Below, in pieces: positions 33,193 through 43,000 of a stretch of 64,000 bases of DNA. Source of the DNA: TPA_inf: Saccharomyces (lineage: Eukaryota); the NCBI GenBank assembly GCA_000146045.2, contig BK006934.2, positions 1-64,000 of the forward strand, written 5' to 3'. The translations under genes were made by a program, and so were the position numbers. Under the pieces are notes generated by a model. The model was not told the DNA's origin. It saw only the letters and a list, made by a program, of their open reading frames with translations, and searched no databases. The first letter of the stretch is position 1. Every line of letters starts with the position of its first letter.

Positions 33193-34077
33193 TTATTCTT
33201 GCTTTTCTTCAGAACCAGTTTCTTGCTCAATTTCTTCTTCATCATTTTCTGGTCTAATAACAGCAACATCTACAGTTAACTCCCTGTCACCGAAAACCTT
33301 GCCTTTAAATTCTTCAGCTTTAGCTTCAATATCAACGTTTTCACCACTGAAAGTGACAAATGCCATACCTCTATTAGCAGAATCGGATGTGAAGATCCTA
33401 CCAGTGTGTTGGTCTCTCATTTTTCTCATTGGCAAAGAGATGGAGTCGGCGTCAGTACCGAAAAATTCAGCGACCTCCTCTTTGGTAGCTTTGAATGGGA
33501 CGTTATTAATATATAAGGTATCCTTTGATCTTTCCATTTGGTCTAATGGAATCTTTTCCCTTTTTTGTCCATTGAAACCACCTCTGGCGCCGCCTCTACC
33601 TCTGAAGTTCCCTCTGCCTCTGAAACCTCCTCTGTAGCCGCCTCTGAAACCTCCTCTAAAACCTCCTCTGCCTCTGAAACCGCCTCTGCCTCTGAAACCT
33701 CCTCTTTGCATTTGGCCTGGAGTTCTAGCTCTCTTAATATGAATTTCTCTGTCCTTAACGACTTTCGTGTCATAATTCTCCTTGATATTATCAAAATCAA
33801 TCTTGGTTGGGAACTTGACTAGAGCGTGTTTACTAGCTGGAATGTGACCGTCGGTGTGTTCCTTAATTGGGATCTCTACGCTGACTTCATCCCCGAATTC
33901 CTCCACAAACAATTGCTTCAAGTCGTCTTCGGTACATTCGTGAGCAACATTACCAATAAAGATTGTGTCCTCGGGGTCAATTACTGTCTTATGAGTAGGA
34001 GCCCTTGGTTGCTGTTCGGAGTCGTTGATGCTCAAGTTGTTTACGGCATTAGTAGCTTCTTCAATTTCAGCAGACAT
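33193..34077 (-). CDS. SBP1: RNA-binding protein with two RRMs and a central RGG box, 294 aa (translation repressor, P-body component)
   Basis: [42 protein letters not shown] flanked by RRM-like segments. Confidence 0.9.
33556..33720. repeat. Tandem GGN/AGR codon repeats encoding the RGG box of SBP1
   Basis: The pattern ctctgcctctgaaacctcctct repeats on the + strand. This produces the spurious ORFs 33543-33800 (-) and 33565-33822 (+). Confidence 0.8.
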
Positions 34078-35254
34078 ATTTTTCTTCGTTTGAGGGTTTT
34101 CTTCTTTCTTTTGGGGGAAACTTCTTCTCTCGATGTAGTGATAACTCAGTAACTTCCTTTAAATTTGCAGAATGATTATTTTGAGTCCAATTGCGTATCC
34201 TTTATGCCACAACCTGTGACACTCAGGGTGGCTAAATTAGAAAAATTTTATTCTGCTTTTCGACTAGTTTTGCCCCTTCCCTTTGGCGACGCGTCACCTG
34301 GGACGGGAATTTAAAGATAATAAAGAGGCAATTCATACAAATTTTAAAATATTTAGCGGCAGTAGTGACCCAAAAAATAGTGTACTATCATATTTTCACT
34401 ACCATAATTGGCTGCAAAATAGTTACTAGTACAGGTCAAAACGAGCAGGGCCTTTTTAGGAGAAATTGTATATACTTTTCAATATTTTCCGCTCGATGAT
34501 AAAATTGGTAAATTGTAGATCTAATAACTTAATTGCAGAGAAATTTATGTATTTGAGATCCCTAGATAGTGCCTACATTGCCTTAGCCTTAATTTTAAAT
34601 ATAAAGTTCCCCATACAAAATGCAAGTGTACAGCGCGGCCACCTGCAGAAGTAGCATGGTGACTCTTAGTGTGCGGCCTCGAAGTCTTTCATAACTGTAA
34701 CGGACGTCTACTGACGACATTTCAAATGACATTACATTTATTCTTGACTCGACCAATGATCGTGGAGTTTCAAACATCGTTAAACACGCCATATCAGACT
34801 AACTGGACGCTGGCTTCAAGATTGCCAGCTGCACGGGTAGCGCAAGTGAGAATATGAATTTGAACTTCTTCCCAGCATCAATCCGATATGGCAATACTTA
34901 TTTACAACGGTGACTACTTCTGTAACTTTGTCTCGAAACCACGGCTTTCACTCACTTCAATGGCACAATCATATCGCTTTTGGATGTTAATGACCTTCTG
35001 ACCTAATAATCTTGGATGCGATCAACATAGCTTAGGTAATCCAAAACTACTAAGGCATGCAAAATTATTGTGATATTCAAAATAAGTCGATATGATTTTC
35101 CTATAATGAGGTACTTCCCATGGTCCAAGTATCAAAGCTTCAACAAAGCAATCACCTTAAAAGGTTATTTAAGGTCATTATTATATTAAAACGTTTGAAA
35201 ATTAATATTATTATTAAAAAATAAATTTTTTATGCAAAATTTCTCATTTTCAAT

Positions 35255-36025
35255 TTAAGCGGAGTCGGAGTTCTTAGCTCTCTTGTCCATCTTGGCTTGA
35301 GCCTTGTTACCAAGGATACCACCACCCCAGTGCTTCTTGACTTCATCGTATTTGTCAGCGAAGTTAGCGTCAATGGTAGAAACCAACTTAGCCAAAGCAG
35401 CTTCGTCTTCGGCTCTGACTTCAGTCAAAGCGGCAACGGCAGAGGTCTTTTGGTTAACCAAGGTACCCAATCTAGCCTTACCCTTGACAATGGCGTATGG
35501 AACACCCATCTTCTTACACAAAGCTGGCAAAAAGACAACCAATTCAATTGGGTCGACATCGTTAGCAATCAAAACCAACTTAGCCTTCTTGTTTTCGATC
35601 AAGGCAACAACGTGGTTCAAACCGTACTTGACAGCGTATGGCTTTGGAGAAGCATCTTGCTTGGACTTACCTTCAGCAACAGCGGCAGCTTCTTTGGTCA
35701 ATCTTTCCTTCTTTTCAGCAGCAGTTTCTGGTCTGTACTTGTTGAACAACTTGAAGGTTTCGGCAGCGGTGTTTCTGTCCAAAGTGTATTGGAATTGAGC
35801 AATGGTTGGAGGAACCTTCAATCTGATGGACAAGATCTTCTTTTGTCTTTGCACTCTGACGTATTCTGGCCATTTGACGTATCTGGACAAGTTTCTCTTT
35901 GGTTGGACAGCTTGACCAATACCGAAGTTCTTTGGAGTAGAGTGAGTCAATGGGTTTCTAGTCTTGTTAGACTTAGTTGACTTAGCACCGAATGGAGCTG
36001 GAGCGACTTTCTTACCTGGGGCCAT
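35255..36025 (-). CDS. RPL8A: 60S ribosomal protein L8 (L7Ae/L30e family), 256 aa, no intron
   Basis: [65 protein letters not shown]... and strong codon bias. Confidence 0.95.
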
Positions 36026-36254
36026 TTCGAATTAGTTGTTTTGATGTGATAATAGAGGGTAAGCAATGTAAACTGACAACTGGAATAGTAATTGATAGAT
36101 ACAAATTCCTCGCCTTTATAAACAATTTAGCGTCTTTTTTTTTTTGCGTTGGTTTTTCCAATTTGTTTGCGTCGGTTATTATTTTTCAATAAAAATAAAT
36201 AAGAAAATGAGAAAAAAATGAAAAATGAAAAAAAAAAAATCTGATGGCCTAGAT

Positions 36255-36266
36255 ATGTTTGGGTGT
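36255..36266 (-). promoter_or_regulatory. Rap1-like site (ACACCCAAACAT on the - strand, 1 mismatch to ACACCCRYACAYM), about 230 bp upstream of the RPL8A ATG. Flanking dA:dT tracts at 36137-36148 and 36228-36240.
   Basis: Sequence match only. Its position is typical for ribosomal-protein gene promoters. Confidence 0.45.
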
Positions 36267-36378
36267 TTTCTTCATAATACTAGTGTTACAGTCATTTGAA
36301 TAGTACATGATGCAATAGAAGGTGGAGAGGAATATAAAATTATGGAAATTACATTGTTAATAGAAATTATTTATGTTG

Positions 36379-38508
36379 TTATTGGAAGTTTTCTAGAACC
36401 TGTTCGTGTTCACCTTCTATGTCCTTCAGCCAACCTTTGGATCTTTCCACGGCAACTTCCCAATACTTCCAATGCTTTCTCCTTTCAGCATCGTCGGATT
36501 CACTTCTGAATATCTTAAGGTTTGGATGAGCCTCTGGTGATATTTGTTCGTTTTTCTCCATTCCATTGTAAAAGACCCATTTCTTAACATCGTGTAGGTC
36601 CTTCCATAATGGGCGCTCGTTCACATCCTTGAAAGCCATATTGGCTGCAATGGCTGCCCCCAATGCGGTACATTCCGCTGTCGGAGACCTTCTGACTTTG
36701 ACACAGGGACCTAAGATATCGGCTTGAATTTGCATGACTTCATTAGACCTCGACATCCCGCCATCCACTGCCAGAACCGACAGGGGCGACTTTTCATATG
36801 TGACGTCGGAAATTTCCTCTAAAAAGTCCCTGTCTTTGGAACCTTCACCAAACGCGTCAGAACTCATTGCCTTCAAGATAGCCCTGGCTTGAAAGCAAAC
36901 ACCTTCCACGGCAGCTCTGGCGATGTGGGAGGCAGTAGTGAATTGAGACATCCCCATTATGGTGGCTCTGGCATCTGGGTCCCAATAGGGAGCGAATAGG
37001 CCACTAAATGCGGGGACGAAAACTACGCCACCAGAATCAGGAACCGTAGATGCAATCGGTCCGACATCCTCTGATTTATCGATCAATCGTAAATTATCAC
37101 GTAGCCATTGGACCACAGCACCAGCCACAGCGACGGAACCCTCTAATGCAAAATGTGGCTTGCTCAATTCTGGTTTTTGGCCACCGTACTCTTGCAAATG
37201 TGGGAACCAAAATGCTAGAGTCGTCAGTGCGCCATGTTGGGAGATCAATTTTTTGGTCCCCGTATTGTACAGTAAAAAGCAACCGGTACCATAAGTACAT
37301 TTTGCAGCACCGGGTTTGTAAGCGAGTTGCCCCACCATGGATGCGCTTTGGTCGCCCAGACAGCCCTGTATGGGCAGGTTTCTCTTGACTAGATCTCGCA
37401 GTACTGTTTTTGGCGAATCGTGTAGCTTTTCCATTATCCAATCAGGAATGCCAAAGTCACCGTAGTATTGAGATGAGGACACAATTTCGGGCATGTGAAT
37501 CAGGTTCTTGTCAATACCCCAAAATTCCAGCAACTCGTTGTCGTACTTTAAAGTGGAGAGGTTCATAAATCCAGTTCTGGAAGCGTTGGTTACGTCAGAA
37601 ACGAACGCCTTTTGTTTAGTTAATTGGTAAATCAGCCATGTGTCCACAGTGCCGAACATCAGGTCGTTCTCCTCATACGCCTTGGTACACAGAGGCTCAT
37701 TGTCGAGGAACCAGCGCAGCTTGGAACAGGAGAAATACGTGGAGAGCAATGGCAATCCAGTCTTCTGTCTAAGCTGCAGTTGCCTATCGACGCTAGTGTT
37801 TTGCCATTTGTCTCTAACGATTTTGATCGTTCTGGTGTCGTTCCAAACAATACCGTAGTTAACAATTGGTTTTCCTGTGCGGCGGGACCACAGAATTGTG
37901 GTTTCTCTCATGTTTGCTATACCCATGCATATTACCTTGTAAGGTGGGAGACCGTTTGCTACACGTTCGCTGTTGATAGTCTGCAGAGAGAGCAAACTTG
38001 AGGCAAGGCATTGGACGACGTTCACCAGTAATTTCTGCGGATGGCACTCAACCCAACCCGGTTTGGGGAACTTCAACGTGGGTTCGTTATGGAAGTCCAA
38101 GTCCAATTCCTCGATTTTTAGGAATTTGGTTTCTTGAATGGCATAGCCTTCTGCAGAAAAGATGGGCTTTCCGCTGGTTTTGATGTCACCGGCGTTTGGT
38201 GTTTCACGAGCTGGGGCTGTAGAGGGTCTCCTTAGGCCAGACACCCCAATCTTGCCCTTCGATGCTGAAGTTGAATATTCAATTTGGTGTTTTGAAACGT
38301 CCTGGCCCCATCTGTTGAACAGAATGCATCTGGATGAGGTCGTTCCTACATCAATACTGGCGATAAGCGGGACGTAGTCACTTCGTAAATCTTCCATTAT
38401 TTTGGACATACGGCTCTGTTCTTGTTTTAAACTAGTGTAAAGGCGCTGGCTTGATCGGAATATGTAACGTTTGGAGAATACTACAAGTCGGAAGAGAGAG
38501 GGAAACAT
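36379..38508 (-). CDS. GUT1: Glycerol kinase (FGGY family), 709 aa from the second in-frame Met. The ORF extends 11 codons further, to 38541.
   Basis: FGGY N-terminal motif GTTSSRCILF. The length matches GUT1 (709 aa) if translation starts at MFPSLFRLVV... Confidence 0.9.
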   Translation of the reverse strand: MFPSLFRLVVFSKRYIFRSSQRLYTSLKQEQSRMSKIMEDLRSDYVPLIASIDVGTTSSRCILFNRWGQDVSKHQIEYSTSASKGKIGVSGLRRPSTAPARETPNAGDIKTSGKPIFSAEGYAIQETKFLKIEELDLDFHNEPTLKFPKPGWVECHPQKLLVNVVQCLASSLLSLQTINSERVANGLPPYKVICMGIANMRETTILWSRRTGKPIVNYGIVWNDTRTIKIVRDKWQNTSVDRQLQLRQKTGLPLLSTYFSCSKLRWFLDNEPLCTKAYEENDLMFGTVDTWLIYQLTKQKAFVSDVTNASRTGFMNLSTLKYDNELLEFWGIDKNLIHMPEIVSSSQYYGDFGIPDWIMEKLHDSPKTVLRDLVKRNLPIQGCLGDQSASMVGQLAYKPGAAKCTYGTGCFLLYNTGTKKLISQHGALTTLAFWFPHLQEYGGQKPELSKPHFALEGSVAVAGAVVQWLRDNLRLIDKSEDVGPIASTVPDSGGVVFVPAFSGLFAPYWDPDARATIMGMSQFTTASHIARAAVEGVCFQARAILKAMSSDAFGEGSKDRDFLEEISDVTYEKSPLSVLAVDGGMSRSNEVMQIQADILGPCVKVRRSPTAECTALGAAIAANMAFKDVNERPLWKDLHDVKKWVFYNGMEKNEQISPEAHPNLKIFRSESDDAERRKHWKYWEVAVERSKGWLKDIEGEHEQVLENFQ

Positions 38509-38814
38509 ATAACTATTTGTATAGTTCCGGCCACAACTCAAACCACATGGTATATTTTATATGGTTCGAGAACAGGCATCCCCCCACATTTTATTACACC
38601 TTATCCGTTCTAAAAGTCTTGGCTGTCTTTTTTTCCTTTCCTTTTCCTTTTTTTTTTTTCAATTTTTTTGTCAATGCAGTCAGCCCCTCACTATGCTACT
38701 CCACACCCTTTAATTGATGGTTTTACTCCAATTAGAAGAGAAGAATTACGAAATGGCCTGTATGGGTAGATTCTTGTTATGTTTTTACATACGTTGTTTA
38801 ATAAAAGTCGTTAT

Positions 38815-39486
38815 TTACCATGTGAAAAACAAAAACAGTATACAAAGGGTGGTTATCGTGGCCAATACAAACGCGTTTTTCTTCCTTCTCGTGTTAATCT
38901 TCATAATAAGCTGATTGACACCTGGTATTCTTTGTAAAGTTTGCAACACCTTGTTGTTTGCCGTGTTCAGCACGTTGCTCTGCGAGTGGAACTGCGACCG
39001 AGTCTCCCAGGCTTGGGAGATGAGACGGTCGACTACGTTGTTGGACTGATCGATTCGCCTTGTTTCGTTCTGAATGTACTCGTCAGCATCCCCTATAGGA
39101 GCTGGCGCGTCCGTTGTGGAATTAGCAATATCGTTCTTCACGCTGAATAACAAGTTTAGTCTGTTGCGCTCTTGCTGGATGGAGGACCTGATATTGCGGA
39201 AGCTCTTCCAGTGGTCTTGTAAGATCTCCTTGTGGCGGTGCAGTTGGGAAAGCTTTGAGGCGGAGATTGCCGGGTTAGAATCGCAGATTTGTGTTAATGA
39301 ATCGATTACATCCTGTCTCTGGCCTAAGATTCCCTCCAACTGCTTGTCTATCTTCTTTTCTTGGCCAGTTTGTTCTGAACTAGTTGTCTGCGCGAATGTG
39401 GAGTACTTGGAAAGAAGTGACTCCGTTTGTGTTTCTAGAGAAATGGCCTTGCCCCTTATGGTGACGAAAGACGGTTGTGAGCTCAT
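38815..39486 (-). CDS. GOS1: Golgi v-SNARE (Qb), 223 aa, C-terminal TM anchor
   Basis: Coiled-coil SNARE region plus hydrophobic tail ...ATITTLCILFLFFTW*. Confidence 0.85.
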   Translation of the reverse strand: MSSQPSFVTIRGKAISLETQTESLLSKYSTFAQTTSSEQTGQEKKIDKQLEGILGQRQDVIDSLTQICDSNPAISASKLSQLHRHKEILQDHWKSFRNIRSSIQQERNRLNLLFSVKNDIANSTTDAPAPIGDADEYIQNETRRIDQSNNVVDRLISQAWETRSQFHSQSNVLNTANNKVLQTLQRIPGVNQLIMKINTRRKKNAFVLATITTLCILFLFFTW

Positions 39487-40083
39487 GTGGTGTGGTTGCT
39501 TGTCTGGAATTGGGCTTTTCCCTGTGTCTAGTTAGTTTATTTTTTCCTTGTCTTTTTATCTCTTTTTTTTTGTTTTTCGTTCTCTTTATTTTCAACAACG
39601 CCTAGAAAATTTGGTTACCAACCACACTATTGAACAAAGATAACTAACTGATTGAACAAGAGTAGGCGTCTTACACTGGGTTTGCAAGTGTCATTGACTT
39701 TTGTTGCATTGCTGTGAAATGCACATTCGGAGCAGTTGAAGGTCTCTTGCTGAATGCTCACATATTTTCAAAATATTGTTTTGGCTGCGGAGTTTGTGCC
39801 TGATCAGTAACTACCAATCTCGTGAGATTTTTCATAAGCATCTTTGAAAGCTTTTATACTTATTTGATCTTTGTATATATCAGGTTTTACCAGTTTAGCC
39901 GCCAGAGTTTTGGTATTTATGTGTTACCCGGTATATCCATATGCCTTTTCTTGGTGGCAAAAAAAAGGTACTTCCTGATATAAAGAAGCTGGTAAGCTCT
40001 CGATAACTGATCTCTTTGTCTTTGTGCAGGATTGGATAATACAATAATTATAGAAAAGTTTCTATTTCACCACGAACAACATT

Positions 40084-43000
40084 ATGTCCATTTCTTCTGA
40101 CGAAGCGAAAGAAAAACAGCTCGTGGAGAAGGCAGAATTGCGCCTGGCTATCGCAGATTCCCCTCAAAAGTTCGAAACTAATCTGCAGACTTTTTTGCCT
40201 CCATTATTACTAAAACTCGCCTCTCCACATGCCTCCGTTAGAACAGCAGTATTTTCAGCCTTAAAAAACCTCATTTCTAGGATAAATACGCTGCCCCAGG
40301 TTCAGCTTCCTGTGAGGGCGCTTATTGTCCAAGCAAAGGAACCCAATTTAGCCGCTCAACAAGACTCGACCAATGTCCGCCTTTACAGTCTGCTACTGGC
40401 GTCTAAAGGCATAGATAGGCTTTCCTTGCAAGATAGACAGCAGTTGCTACCGTTAGTCGTTTCGAACATCTCGTGTCTAACAGGCACAGTAGCCGCCAGA
40501 ATGTTCCACATCCTTTTGAAGCTTATTTTGGAATGGGTTGCACCCCAGGAGTCTTCACATGAGCAGGAAGAATTTGTTCAGTTCCTTCAACTGGACAACG
40601 ACGGTTTTTCGTTTTTGATGCGCCAATTTACCAGGTTTTTTCTGCTGGTACCTTCAAAGCAAGTCCAGGTTTCTCAACAGCCCCTGTCGAGAGGTTACAC
40701 ATGTCCGGGCCTATCTCTAACTGATGTGGCATTCTTTACTTATGATGCGGGCGTTACTTTCAACAAAGAACAGCTGAATAAGTTCAAAAAGGCTATTTTT
40801 CAATTTGTTTGCCGTGGCATGGCGGCTACCCAAACTATTGAGCAGTCACCTAGGATGATTGAACTGATGGAATTTTTGTGCGTTGTCTCTACGGATTCTA
40901 CAAATTTATCTGATGATGCGGCTCAGTTCATGAAACGGTTTCCCATGCCTTATGAAAACGAAGAGTTCATCACCTTTCTTCAGACGCTGTACATCGGCAA
41001 CACAGCAAATGGAAGACCGCCGGTCAAGGCTATCTTGCAAGAAAAAATCCTGTCCATATTAAACAGAAGTCACTTCGCCACCACCAAAGCAGAATGTATT
41101 TCGTTGATTTGCTCTATTGGATTGCATTCATCTGAGTATAAACTTAGATCTTTGACTCTTTCTTTTATTCGACACGTAGCAAAATTAAATTACAAAAATT
41201 TAAATCCTGCTTCTTCATCACCTTCATCAACAGACTTTTCCACTTGTATTGTTTCCTTGATTAGAAATAATCTTCATGCCGAAGGTTGGCCGAAGTTACA
41301 ATTGGGGCCTCAGACCCCAGCTTTCAATACAGCCATTCTGCAGAGACAGCTGCAATATGAAACATTGGGTGATATCTTGAAAAGAGATTTTGAGCTTGTA
41401 AGTGACTTATCCTATATTGAATTTCTATTCGAGTCCTTGAAAAATGACTTACCACAGTTCCGCTCCAGTATTCAGGAGTCTCTGCTTTCTCTAGTAGGCC
41501 ATTTATCAATTCTACCCCAACAATCTAAATTAAAATTAAAAAATTTGCTCAGGAAAAACCTGTCAATTGACGAGCAACAGCGGGAGGATAATAATGATGC
41601 TGTTAATTCTATAATGGCACTCAAATTTGTATCTATAAAATTCACTAACGCTGCCTTCCCCTTCCATGATCCTGAGGCAAGGTTATTCAATATTTGGGGT
41701 ACTGTACGAACGAATAGATTTGACATTATTGAAGAATCCTTTAAGGGGCTTCAACCCTTTTGGTTCAGGGTTAATAATGCTTCCATAAATACATCAGCTA
41801 CCGTGAAAACATCCGATCTGTTGGGCTCTCACTTGTCAGAGACTGAATTTCCTCCATTCCGGGAATTTCTTCAGGTTTTGATCGACCAGCTAGATTCGGA
41901 AGCTGCATCAATTACACGAAAATCACTGAACAACGCTGTCAGATTTAGTAAACAATGTCTCATTTCCAATGCAATATACGGTAAAAAAACAATGGTTATA
42001 CAAGATGAGGATTGGTCAGTTAGAATAGACAAAGCTTTGGAACTTGACGACACAGTTGTGTCCCGAGTTAATGAAATGGTTCAAGGCATGAATGATGATA
42101 TTTTCATTCGCTATTTGACTCTTCTGTCAAACGAGTTTACAGCTACGAACAGTAAGGGTGAACAAATTGCAATATTTCCATATCAAGATCCAATTTTTGG
42201 TTCTGTCTTATTAACTTTATTGAATTTTGTGAGCAATAATGTTTTACGGAGATTGGAAATTCTTGTTCCCGATTTATACCATCTAGTTATCATGAAATTT
42301 CAATCGTTGAGTGATAATGATCTTGCAGTCTGTGCAACCATCATCGGTATAATTTCTACTGCTATCGCAGACTCGACTCACGTTAAGCGAATCACAAAAA
42401 TAGCACAATCACAAACAATGGCAGAGACATATGTTGCATCTTATGTTGTTCCACGATTATATTTGAAAGATCAAACAAATCACATTGAATCTGACAGTAT
42501 CCTAAACCTATTAAACATTTTAACAACTCATCTATCGCATCCTGGCACTAACAAGGATATGATATTAAAGTTGGTCTGCCAAGTGACAAAATTCGGTTTA
42601 CTTCTCCAAGTAAGTGCACAAGAAAGGAAAGATTTCTTGAAAAAAGTCATGGATACTATACAAGACAAATTGATCAACGATGTGACAGCAATTCAAACGT
42701 GGTCATACCTATCACTATATTCAACAGATTTAGAGAATTCCAGTCTTTTTCAAGAAAAATTACTTGAAACTAACGTTTCTAAGCAAAACGATTTCTTATT
42801 TTCAGTTGGTGAATCTTTAAGTGTTGTGGCTGGTAAATGGTCAAGTAAGTACTTGATCAAACAGATTGATATTCCTAATTTCAATGTTGAGATCATGCAA
42901 CAAAAATTCCCTGCTACAAATGTTACCACTATACTTGATGAGATCTTTTCAGGTTGCGACTCTACAAAACCCTCTCTGAGGAAGGCATCTTGTATTTGGC

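Noticed and set aside
33543-33822. Two 85-aa ORFs overlapping the SBP1 RGG region
   Set aside because: Generated by the GGN/AGR codon repeats of the RGG box.
35297-35980. Long + strand ORFs (227 aa and 164 aa) antisense to RPL8A
   Set aside because: Highly codon-biased, GC-skewed ribosomal protein genes routinely produce long antisense ORFs. The translations are low-complexity (S/L/V-rich) with no motif.
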